Below the pieces are notes generated by a model. The model had not been told where the DNA came from and did no database searches. It was given only the letters and a program-made list of their open reading frames with translations. DNA of 64,000 nucleotides, from contig CP154954.1 in NCBI GenBank assembly GCA_039621445.1, positions 20,260,642 through 20,324,641 of the forward strand, given 5' to 3'. A program made the translations under genes and the position numbers. Shown here piece after piece: positions 39,430-49,271 of this stretch. Source of the DNA: Euglena gracilis. Its lineage: Eukaryota. Positions within the stretch are counted from its first letter, which is position 1; the number at the start of each line of letters is the position of its first letter.

Positions 39430-42400
39430 ATGCAGAGCACAACTCCCATCGACTACGCAGCATTGATTGGATCACTTCGTGGACTTGAACCTGCGGTATC
39501 ATTGTCTAGCTCTATTGAGCATTCACAACCCCATAGGGGTATTCACACATTGACTCATTCCAAAGGTAACCCTCCTTCCCCGCGTGTGTCACACCTATCG
39601 GTGTCTGTGTCGAGTAATCCTCCCCCCGCCCAACGGGCATCCCCACACCCATCGGTGTCAAGCTCTATAGAGCAACTCCATGCCCAACAGGCACAACCCC
39701 TTTTGTTGGAAAGCCGATCGGCTAACACCCATTCCCCCCAGCGAGATCTCGCACTGGTGCCGATAGGCACATTTGACTCTGAGGCGGATACGCCACGGCA
39801 AATTTTTGTTGAGGGTGGGTTAGAAACACCATGTTTCTTTCAGCCCCCCCCTATGCTCCCCCCCACAAGTCCGATTGGACAATTGCCCGCACCACCCGAT
39901 ACGGGTTCTTTCCCTGCATTACCATGGCACCCGGAGATGCGTTTAACGGTTCCCGCTTATACAAGCCCCTCCGAGTCCATGAGCAGTGATGCGGAAGAGT
40001 TGGAAAATATTTCCCCTCAACCCATCACCGTGATTCAGCGCATAGTCGCAAATCTTCCAGTGGACCACCCGCTAACGCGGCAAATTTCCCATGTTCACAC
40101 TTGTGTAGCGGATTGCGCTATGACACTTAACAAGGTTTTGGATTTTGATGAGAACAACCAAAAGGTTGTAGAGCACAAGCTCAATTACCTTTGGAGTTAT
40201 GTGCGTGATGTTGGCCAATATTGCCAAACAAATTTTCAATCCACCAATGTGGACCTCGCAACTTTGCGTCAAGGATTAGACACACATTTGCAGGCATATT
40301 TGCCACAACACTTCCAAAAAGTGAGTGAAGCCATGTGTGAAACACAATCCCGCAATGATGCGATTTTCTCCAACATGCAACATAGTTTGCAAGCTTTGTC
40401 TCATCAATTGGAGCCAATTACGGCAATTTTTCCACAATTGCAGCAAAAGTTGCATGAACCCCCCATCAAAAATCCCGATTTGGGACAATTTATTACAATG
40501 GAGCAATTCTCCACACTTGCAACCGCATTTCAGGAAGCGCAACAGCGCATTTTCCAGTTGAGCGGTGATTCCGCGAATTTTACCCACTTTTCTGCCCAAG
40601 CCAATGAAAGTTTTGCCCCCCGCACGTATGTGCAACAATTGGAGGAAAGACTTTCCCGATTGGAGCAGAAATCTTGCCATTGTGGTGAGATTCCCGCTGA
40701 AATTGCAAGTTTTCACACCCAAATCGCGAATATCGCGAGTAGGATTGAGAATTTGCAGCAACAGTGGCAAAATGACACAATGGAATTCCGAACCGCAATC
40801 GCGGATTTGCAAAACCGCAATGCGGCAACCCGTGCACCAATACCGGATATTAGTGGACTCAAAGCCACCATGTCCGACTTGCACAAACAGTTACAACAGG
40901 ATGTTGGTAACATTGAAGCCTCATTGGCTAAGTTACACACCCGCTATGCGGAAGTAGCTGGTAGGATCCCGGATGTTACCGGCATTCAAACCGCGATAGC
41001 GGATTTGCACAAACGCATGCAAGAAATGAGCACAAAAATGCTTCAGGTGCAATCACCACCCCAAGGCACATTGCCGTTACCAACACCTACCCCCACACTC
41101 CCAAAAACACACTTGGACAAGATTAGCGCTGAAATGCGCGCGGAAAATCACCAAATCATGCAAGGATTTTGTGACAGTCTTATGAACACCGAGAAAACGG
41201 TGAAGCAGGATGTCACAAAACTGCAAAATGACATTACCGCGCTATCCGCGCAAGTTTCTGTCTTGATGGAACAGCCAATGGCTGAAAAAGTCAGAAGTCC
41301 GCATTCGGACCAACCCACCAAGCCATCTCCACAATTGGAGGCCATTTCCAGTGCGATGCGCACTTTAGTGACAAGAGTACAAGAATTGGACACTGGGTTT
41401 GGTTCAATTTCGCACGATTTTCAGTCAATTTCTGATAAAATCCCGCTTTTGGATGAACTGCCCTCATACCGTAGGCGGATTAAGCGTTTGCAGGAGGATG
41501 TGGGTCGGATAACCGACAATTGGCAGGTTGTTGACCATTTGGAGCAAAGTGTGCATGAATTTGCAACAAATTTGGACCAAATTCACGCACAACTGCGTTC
41601 CATCCACCAAAACCCGCAATCGGGTATGGTTGGCACACTTGCCGCATCTTCCAGCTCCAAAAGCGCTATTCGCGCACCAATTCCCGAGTCCACAGGCACA
41701 TTGCCACCAAATCGCGTTTCCTCTCATGCGGTGGTTCCCCCACTAGCATTACCAGTCCCAATGGACGAGTTTTCGGATGATGAGTCGGGTTTTCAAGCGA
41801 AAACCAGACCCACCCCCCTCTTAAATCAAGAGATTCGGGAATCCGAACTCATTCGTGGTATGATCGGCACCCCTACACCGGGTATTGGTCACACCTCCCA
41901 GATTCGCTTAGTAGCACCAATGGTGCAACCATGTGATACCTCACCCCCACATGCGCAACCGCATCACCATTCGCGCAATCGCGATTCCCCTAATTTGCAT
42001 GGTACCTATGGTACACTAAGTGGTATGTTCCATGCGCAATCGCAGAATAACCCGAACAATACCCTTGGTGCAACCACCGGAGTACCTGCACATGGTGCGA
42101 TTTCGCGCCCGGGCCCACGCCCCTGGAATACCACCGAAGGGCCACGGGTTTCTCAGAAAGATTTCAAAGGCACCATCGCGATAGCGAACAAGGTGAAGCC
42201 CCAATGGGACGGTGACCCCACCACGTGGAAACAATTTTTCCGCGATTGGGAATATTATTGGGATTTGAAGGGACCCACCCAAGATGACAACCCCGAGGTA
42301 ATCAAGATGGAATTCATCGATTGCCTCCCCAGGGATGAAAAAGAGCGCGCCAGACAATTGGTCATTGGCAGGCGCATTTCTTTTGAAGAATTGGTTGAGC

Positions 42401-43578
42401 AATATGCTTCTTCATGCTCCAGTTTGGTTTCCAGAATCAGTCTGGAAAACAAATGGCGCCAATTCACCCCCCCGGACCGCAAATGGAAGTCGATAGACTT
42501 GTGGTACTCCAAGTGGCTTGCATTAGCAGCCGAGGTTGATGAGTTAGGGGAAAAGCAAATCAAAGAACAATTTGATGCGGTATTACTGCGCTACATCCCC
42601 AAACTCATCAAGGAAATTCACCGCGAGGAACTCGCGGGACACATTTTGACTCTCGATGAGAGATGGAATTATATTTCCAAACAAATGAAGTTATCACAAC
42701 TTCTGGGACAGATTGAATCGGCATATCACCACCACCCTACCGCGGGTGTACCCACCGGTTCAGTCCATGCAGTCCAAAGGACTACCCCCCCAAAATCACC
42801 AAAATCACCATCGAGTGACTCCAAAACGCGCTATCCGCGCTCAAACCCCAAATCCCCGACACGGGAATCCAAACCGCGCTATTCGCGCTCTTCTGACCAA
42901 GTTTCGGACAAAGTGTGCTTTTTGTGTAATCAACCGGGACATATGTCTCGCGAATGTCCGAACCCCCAAGCGCGAAAGCGCAGTAAGAGCCCCCGAGGAT
43001 CCCTCACTTCCTGGAGTTCGCGTTCCTCACGATCTGCGCATTCGCAGCGGTCGGGATACCGATCGGGTGATGGAAGACCGCGTTCCCGTTCACCCCACCG
43101 CAATAGCGGACGTGGTTTCAAACCGCGAGGTCGGTCCCCCCGTCCCCCTACCCGCAATCGGGATGCCAATCGCGATTCTTCGCGATCTCGGTCGCGAAGT
43201 GGGTCATCCTCTTCGCGATCCGACCGCGGTCGAGCGGATAACCGCTCCCCGCGTCGCCATGATGCCAAAAGGCAATCGCAATCGCGAACCCGTTGTTCCC
43301 TTTGTGGGTCTAAAGACCACCATTCATCCAAGTGCCCCCGTTCCCGCTCTCCCCGCCCTAGCCATGGTCGTCGCGATTCCAATCGCGGTTCTGCCAATAG
43401 GCAGCGGGTTGGTTTCAAAATATCCTCTATCGAGGAAAAAGACCTGGCTTCGGGCAGGGAGGGGGATGAAAGCACTGAGGATGAGTTGGTGGAAGACAGG
43501 AATGCCATTCGCGCGATACGCGCAATTTACTCTAGGAAGTCCACCATAGGCCAAAAGGCCGACTCCGATATGGAGTAG
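39430..43578 (+). CDS. Large Gag-like protein (~1380 aa): long coiled-coil region, capsid-like region, two CCHC zinc knuckles, RS-rich tail
   Basis: Uninterrupted ORF. PQWDGDPTTWKQF (gag-like F/WDG motif), CFLCNQPGHMSRECP and CSLCGSKDHHSSKCP. Confidence 0.88.
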   Translation: MQSTTPIDYAALIGSLRGLEPAVSLSSSIEHSQPHRGIHTLTHSKGNPPSPRVSHLSVSVSSNPPPAQRASPHPSVSSSIEQLHAQQAQPLLLESRSANTHSPQRDLALVPIGTFDSEADTPRQIFVEGGLETPCFFQPPPMLPPTSPIGQLPAPPDTGSFPALPWHPEMRLTVPAYTSPSESMSSDAEELENISPQPITVIQRIVANLPVDHPLTRQISHVHTCVADCAMTLNKVLDFDENNQKVVEHKLNYLWSYVRDVGQYCQTNFQSTNVDLATLRQGLDTHLQAYLPQHFQKVSEAMCETQSRNDAIFSNMQHSLQALSHQLEPITAIFPQLQQKLHEPPIKNPDLGQFITMEQFSTLATAFQEAQQRIFQLSGDSANFTHFSAQANESFAPRTYVQQLEERLSRLEQKSCHCGEIPAEIASFHTQIANIASRIENLQQQWQNDTMEFRTAIADLQNRNAATRAPIPDISGLKATMSDLHKQLQQDVGNIEASLAKLHTRYAEVAGRIPDVTGIQTAIADLHKRMQEMSTKMLQVQSPPQGTLPLPTPTPTLPKTHLDKISAEMRAENHQIMQGFCDSLMNTEKTVKQDVTKLQNDITALSAQVSVLMEQPMAEKVRSPHSDQPTKPSPQLEAISSAMRTLVTRVQELDTGFGSISHDFQSISDKIPLLDELPSYRRRIKRLQEDVGRITDNWQVVDHLEQSVHEFATNLDQIHAQLRSIHQNPQSGMVGTLAASSSSKSAIRAPIPESTGTLPPNRVSSHAVVPPLALPVPMDEFSDDESGFQAKTRPTPLLNQEIRESELIRGMIGTPTPGIGHTSQIRLVAPMVQPCDTSPPHAQPHHHSRNRDSPNLHGTYGTLSGMFHAQSQNNPNNTLGATTGVPAHGAISRPGPRPWNTTEGPRVSQKDFKGTIAIANKVKPQWDGDPTTWKQFFRDWEYYWDLKGPTQDDNPEVIKMEFIDCLPRDEKERARQLVIGRRISFEELVEQYASSCSSLVSRISLENKWRQFTPPDRKWKSIDLWYSKWLALAAEVDELGEKQIKEQFDAVLLRYIPKLIKEIHREELAGHILTLDERWNYISKQMKLSQLLGQIESAYHHHPTAGVPTGSVHAVQRTTPPKSPKSPSSDSKTRYPRSNPKSPTRESKPRYSRSSDQVSDKVCFLCNQPGHMSRECPNPQARKRSKSPRGSLTSWSSRSSRSAHSQRSGYRSGDGRPRSRSPHRNSGRGFKPRGRSPRPPTRNRDANRDSSRSRSRSGSSSSRSDRGRADNRSPRRHDAKRQSQSRTRCSLCGSKDHHSSKCPRSRSPRPSHGRRDSNRGSANRQRVGFKISSIEEKDLASGREGDESTEDELVEDRNAIRAIRAIYSRKSTIGQKADSDME

Positions 43579-43614
43579 GGGAGCCCGAGGTCTGAGGGCA
43601 CGGACCTCTGGGCT
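43576..43614 (+). promoter_or_regulatory. Candidate stop-codon readthrough signal (UAG-G + stem-loop)
   Basis: TAG GGG, then AGCCC-GAGGTC [tgagggcacg] GACCTC-T-GGGCT: an 11-bp stem starting 3 nt after the stop. Confidence 0.65.
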
Positions 43615-44238
43615 GATGAACAGATGGAGGTAGGAACTGATCACCCCTGCCCCCCCTGCCCATCGGTCTTTTTGGTCGGTACCCGGAAAATTTTCGGGTC
43701 CCCCACTCCCCGCGCCAAATTTTTGCTTGGAATGTTGAGCAAAGTAAGCCAAGGGTCATGGAACAGTTGGCGCAACAACAATTTTACACCCGACCCTTCG
43801 CTTTGCGTACCCCCCATGGAACTTTTGGTCCAAGCGAAAATCAAAACTCAAAATTTCTGTGCACAAGCCAAAATTTTAGTCGACACAGGGTGTCGAATCC
43901 CCCTTCTTTTCCGCAAAGGACTTATACCCACCCCCCTCTTGGTTCATGCCAAGAATCCCATCAAAATTATGACCGCTGACAACAGCCCCATGTGCGGTGG
44001 TGACTTGGGATGCATTTTGGACATAGTCCTCCCCATTATCCCGAAGCACCACACACACCCCCCACAATTCCAAAATTTTCTGGGTACTTGGGCATTCGAG
44101 GCGAATATCGCCGGGTCAGATGTCATACTCGGTTTTCCGTTCCTCCGGCAACACCGATTGGTGGTGGATTGTCCTTCGCACGGTTTGCGCACTACCCCCC
44201 GCACACACACACCACACCCCCGAACTTGTTCCCCATGA
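43579..44238 (+). CDS. Retropepsin-type aspartic protease, in frame with gag after a UAG
   Basis: ILVDTGC active-site motif and DVILGFPFL..HRLVVD. Same frame as gag, with no stop between 43579 and 44236. Confidence 0.85.
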   Translation, partial: GSPRSEGTDLWADEQMEVGTDHPCPPCPSVFLVGTRKIFGSPTPRAKFLLGMLSKVSQGSWNSWRNNNFTPDPSLCVPPMELLVQAKIKTQNFCAQAKILVDTGCRIPLLFRKGLIPTPLLVHAKNPIKIMTADNSPMCGGDLGCILDIVLPIIPKHHTHPPQFQNFLGTWAFEANIAGSDVILGFPFLRQHRLVVDCPSHGLRTTPRTHTPHPRTCSP

Positions 44239-44959
44239 CATCCCCCAGGATGTCCCCCCGCATTTCCACAACGTTTTCCACAACCGAAAACACCGTTTCC
44301 TACCCTAGGGGTAAAGAGAAAGCTGCCCCCCTACCCACCGCACTTTTACCGCTCGTTTCCCATGCGGTAGGGAAAGCCAGTAGCTTAACCCCGCACGTTT
44401 CGCTGGGTTCCCAGGCGAAAGCCCAAAGGCCTGAAGTTATAACGGTGTCGAGTAGCCGCCCAGCTGCACAACCTTTTCGTTTTCCACCAGGTGTGTCGAG
44501 TTCAGACACCCCTGTACACCCCCCAGCAGCTACCCCAACCGACACCAACTTATGCACTAACACCCACACAAACGCGCACCACATGCACCACCCCTCCTAC
44601 CAATGCGCTCACTGTCGGAGAATCTCCGCTTACCATGATTTTGATTGTGGATGTCTAGTTGAAACATCCAAACTAATCCGATTGGATCCCGCAACCGGGA
44701 ATTTTTCCCCTCCTACACCTGGTAGTGGTACCTATACACTTGGTACAGATTTAATAGATAACCAAAAGGTACACAGCCTTGGTACCATGGGTGATACACC
44801 CATCAGCACACTTGGTAATTATGCACAGCTCACAAATCCACTTGGTAGTTTTTCGCAATTCGCGAAAGTGAATCGAGCACTACAGTGCAAAGGCATAGCC
44901 TCCCTCTTCGGATTTGCGCATAGCGCCCCCTGTGCGCCTATGGCGCTCTCCAATACCCC

Positions 44960-45060
44960 CGCGCATATCGCGCTTCCCGCACATAGTGCGAATTCCGCAC
45001 ATATCGCGCTTGCCGCACATAGTGCGAATCCCGCGCATATCGCGCATTCCGCGCTATCGC
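44960..45060 (+). repeat. ~36-bp coding tandem repeat (AHIALPAHSANS-like, ~2.5 copies)
   Basis: gcgcatatcgcgctt(c/g)ccgcacatagtgcgaat repeated in frame. Confidence 0.8.
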
Positions 45061-45435
45061 GCATCACCGATGATTGGGTATATGCCCAACCCACCCATGC
45101 CCCCCCTGGATTGAGTCCTATGGACATGAATGTTGATGATTCACAATTTTGTTGTTCTGTGTTACAGCGTGTGCCCCCCCTTCAGGATGTTGAGCAGATC
45201 TCCAAGTACACCAAGGATACCTGGAATGCTTTTCAATTCGGTCAATATCGAATTTTGAAACATTGGTTTTCAAAAATCGCCGATATGGCGGATTCTTTTG
45301 ATTTGACCTTAGAAATTGATGCAACACCCCCCCGTTGTGTTATTTGGGCACCCGAACTGGAGGTCCAGGGGGGGGTGTTATTTGGGGGGGGGGGTTATTC
45401 GGGCACCACTCCCTGAACAGGTTCTTCACAAAACA

Positions 45436-46213
45436 ATGTCTGATATCAGTGTCGAGGATACCTTGTCCAGGAGTGCATCCCTGGTATCTGGGTCTTTGCG
45501 GAAGAATCGGAAAAAGAATTATTTCCGGAACCATCCAGTGTGCAAGAGGAGGAAGAAGAAAACCAAGGTTGTTCTGTGGCTGCCTCGCAAGCCGGAAAGC
45601 GTTGCAAAATGCGGTCAGCCCATTTGTGAAAAAAAGAGCAATTTTGGAGTACGAAGCAATTAACCCAAAGAGCATGTCGTTGAGAAGCAACGAGTTACCC
45701 TGGCACGCTTGCGCCGCAAATCTCTGGAGATATGCCCAACATATGGTGTCCCAAAACGCAACTTGACAGCCAAGTGTTTCTCTGGGTTCAGTCGGAGGTA
45801 TTTTTTGCAAGCAACGTCAGGGCTGACAAAATTATTCTTTATAGGCACAAGATAGCCGACAACAAGGAGAAGCGCCTTCTCAAGATTTCGGAACAGGCAA
45901 TGCTTGAAAGAGCTCAGGATTTCCATGGCTATATGAGCAAAATCTGGGATGTGTTCAGATTCCCAATCTCGCACGTGGCGAACATGGACGAAACCCCGTT
46001 GTCTTTCACGGGGTCTTCCAAGTCGCTTCGCAGCCTCACAGTGAAAGGCATGGACAACGTTGTTGGTATGGATTTTTTTCCATCAAAGACTTACAGTCTG
46101 TTTGTTTGCAGGACCTAACACGTTCACCGAGGCAGACCACAAAAAGAGTGCAACGTTGACCATCACTTTCTGCGCGAAAAGCCAGAAAATGAAACCAACG
46201 CCAAGGGGGCAGG
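45436..46213 (+). pseudogene. pogo-like DDE transposase fragment, copy 1
   Basis: CENP-B-type HTH-like segment followed by HVANMDETPLSF (first DDE Asp) and SLTVKG; frameshifted. Confidence 0.72.
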
Positions 46214-46751
46214 TGTGTACCAGGCAGCATGAACACCATGACACTGTGCATAGCAGCAATCTGCAGAATGTACAGTGGCATGCCAGATAGTACCATTCCA
46301 GGTTCTGCAATACAAATTGCAGAATTAGGAATGGCCTATCCTATCTCGGATCTGCCTTTCTCTTCACAGGTGGTATTATTTTATTCTTGTCATCAAAAGC
46401 CTGATCAAAGGCAATTTCAAGCTCAAATATCCGACAGGAGAACATTTGTGGAACTAGTTTTCAAAAATCACACCTGGTTTGCCTTGTGCTCTGCATAAGC
46501 CCAAAGGCAAAAAAAAAACTAATAGTTAAGCGAAAGAATTTTACTTTTGTTACTCTCCTGGTTCTGTTCCGACGGGAGGGTTTAAGTAGGCCGACAGGCA
46601 GTGGGAATAGAGTCAGGGGACGTACAGTTGGTAGCAGATTCGGTTCCTTTCCTACACCCCTTCTCCCCCCCATCTTAACAGGTGACTTCAAACAGTGAGT
46701 GGTGCTGAGCCTATAAACGACAAAGCATCCACGAGCTGTTTGGAGCCAACT
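46214..46751 (+). mobile_element. LTR-like fragment of a related subfamily
   Basis: Shares the start tgtgtaccaggcagc and internal gaattaggaat, cacaggtggtatt, cgtaca..tggtagcag and gtggtgc..gcctata with 38742-39270. Confidence 0.65.
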
Positions 46752-47515
46752 TGTCGAGGACACCTTGTCCAGGAGTGCATCCCTGGTATCTGGGTCTTTG
46801 CGGAAGAATCGGAAAAAAGAATTATTTTCGGAACCATCCAGTGTGCAAGAGGAGGAAGAAGAAAACCAAGGTTGTTCTGTGGCTGCCTCGCAAGCCGGAA
46901 AGCGTTGCAAAATGCGGTCAGCCAATTTGTGAAAAAAGAGCAATTTTGGAGTACGAAGCAATTAACCCAAAGAGCATGTCGTTGAGAAGCAACGAGTTAC
47001 CCTGGCACGCTTGCGCCGCAAAGTTCTGGAGATATGCCCAACATATGGTGTTCCAAAACGCAACTTGACAGCCAAGTGGTTCTCTGGCTTCCGTCGGAGG
47101 TATTTTTTGCAAGCAACGTCAGGGCTGACAAAATTATTCTTTATAGGCACAAGATATCCGACAACAAGGAGAAGCGCCTTCTCAAGATTTCGGAACAGGC
47201 AATGCTTGAAAGAGCTCAGGATTTCCATGGCTATATCAGCAAAATCTAGGAGGTGTTCAGATGCCCAATCTCGCACGTGGCGAACATGGACGAAACCCCG
47301 TTGTCTTTCACGGGGTCTTCCAAGTCGCTTCGCAGCCTCACAGTGAAAGGCATGGACAACGTTGTGGGTATGGATTTTTTTCCATCAAAGACTTACAGTC
47401 TGTTTGTTTGCAGGACCTAACCCGTTCACCGAGGCAGACCACAAAAAGAGTGCAACGTTGATCATCACTTTCTGCGCGAAAAGCCAGAAAATGAAACCAA
47501 CGCCAAGGGGGCAGG
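46752..47515 (+). pseudogene. pogo-like DDE transposase fragment, copy 2 (direct duplication of 45450-46213)
   Basis: Near-identical ~760-bp repeat containing RRKVLEICP...AKWFSGFRRRY and ANMDETP. Confidence 0.75.
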
Positions 47516-48360
47516 GCACGTAAGTTTTTACATCTAATCCTCTACTAGCGCTCCCCACCATTCAGTGTCCCCTGACCCCCGCCAAGTGTGCCGCTAAAGC
47601 TCACATGGAACTTGAGGATCTGTTTTTACATCAGCTAACCACCCCTGCTCCAAAGCCTAAGCCCAAGGTCTTCCGTCAATCGGTTCTGACCTTCAAAAAA
47701 TAACCAGGATGTGGACAGTGTCTGCTTGAGCACTCCTGGGCAAGGAATCCATCTGCTTATGCACGTTGTGCACAGGGTGGGGGGTGTTATTTGGGTCCTC
47801 GAAAACAGCCCCCAATGGGGGGGTGTTAGTTGGCGGTGTTATTTGGGGGGGGTTATTTGGGAGAGGGATTTACTCGAAATTGGCCAGATCTTTCATGTCG
47901 CCTTTTGAAGGAGCATGTGACACTCAGAAAAGATGCTTACTGCCACCCGGGGCGACACCTCCGCACTTTGCCCTTGTGAGGCCTTGTCTTGCCGGCTGTG
48001 TTTTTTGGACTTCGACGCGCTGGGTTAGGAGTCCCTGCTTAACGCCTTTTTTTTCGCCGGAGTTGGCTGATTCCTAATTTGCCCTTCCATGACCAGAAGA
48101 AAGGAGCCAAATTGAACATCGAAGAAGTTTTCACAAGAGCAAAAAATATCACATCAATATCCACAACGAAACGTAACAGACGAGCATCAATTGAAAAACC
48201 AATTATCGAAATTAATTTGGACTTCAATGAGCAATGAATTATCAAAGAAATTGGAGTTACGCGGTCGGCGTGAAGGTGCAGAAGCGGCCGCGGCAGCTGG
48301 AGGACCTGAAGGTGCGGACGAGACGTGGCAAACCGTAGCCGCCCCTCCCCCCACCCTTTC

Positions 48361-48552
48361 GGACTCCCACGACACTGGAAGGGGGAGGAAGGGACCAAGA
48401 GGGCGAAGCGCAAGAAGATGGCGAGGTCCTGCTTTCCTTGCCGGATTTTCTGTTCTGGTGTGTTTGTGTGTGCGCGCGGGGTGCTTCTTACTGCGCCTTT
48501 GTTGCAAGAAAAGGAGTACCTCACCATCTCGCAGTGCGGAGCCCGAATGGTC
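48361..48552 (-). mobile_element. ~190-bp non-coding mini-derivative of a related DIRS subfamily
   Basis: A diverged right extension (ggactcccac...gagggcgaagcgcaagaagatggcgag), one ITR-like segment (tcctgcttt..ggggtgcttcttactgc) and a left-extension terminus (ctcacc...gcccgaatggtc). Confidence 0.7.
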
Positions 48553-49271
48553 TCGACAGAAAATTCGTCCAATGAATCACCCAGTAACGGCCACTGTCTC
48601 TGGGCCCTTGTGGCCCGAAAGCCCAGGCATCAGAAGCTACAGCAAGCCCCAGCCCCCAAAGGGCAACAGAGACTGGGGACGAATGTCAAGTTGGCAAGGT
48701 AGGACAACCTGTGCAACCCGCCCACCAGGGCCAAGTCCCACTATGGCGACCCAGAGCAAGAACACAGCCATGCCAGAACAATTCCAGGCCAAGGGGGACT
48801 TCACCACAAGGGCCATGGGGCCAATTCTGCAAGCAGCTCCCCTCAGGAAGGGGCAGAAACGTCTTACAACCCCCTCCCCAATTTTTCTAACACTACACCC
48901 CCTACCGAGGGCAAGGGGGGGCACTGCAGTCCCCCCCCGGATTCAGATGCAACTGGAGACCAACTTCAGGAAATGGGTGTCAGGGCCAGGGAGGGAGGCC
49001 AGAATAACACCCAAGGCCATGGAGGCCATGGATAGCTCAAGCGAGAGGCCAGATTCAACTGCAAGGCCATGACAGCCAGGAATTTCAAGGCCATGGAGGC
49101 CATACACACCAGCGCAATGGGGCCCAAAGGTGGTCAAGATTTGGCCCCCCAGAAGCTAAGGTGCAGTCTCTATAAAAAAAAATCTAGAAGCCCCGGGAGG
49201 AAGGCCCCGAGGGGCCAAAGCAGGACGGGCTAAACGCCCCAGAGCATTTATTTCAGCCCATGGAAGGGGAC

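Larger units (their letters stand above)
38742..45323 (+). mobile_element. 3'-truncated gag-protease retrotransposon, probably LTR type
   Basis: Begins TGTGTACCAGGCAGC, with an LTR-like segment homologous to 46214-46751. Candidate PBS tggtgccccg at 39217. Carries gag and protease ORFs. No RT or integrase before truncation at ~45323. Confidence 0.75.
38725..47870 (+). mobile_element. pogo/Tc1-mariner-like DNA transposon remnant containing nested retroelement pieces
   Basis: TIR-like aaccccccccaaataac (38725) vs gttatttgggagagggatt (47852-47870), each flanked by TA. Subterminal gttatttggg repeats at 45330-45405 and 47780-47860. Transposase fragments lie inside. Confidence 0.65.

Noticed and set aside
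42930-43508. Antisense ORF over the RS-rich gag tail and other shadow ORFs in the retroelements
   Set aside because: These are GC-rich shadow frames of real ORFs with no independent motifs.
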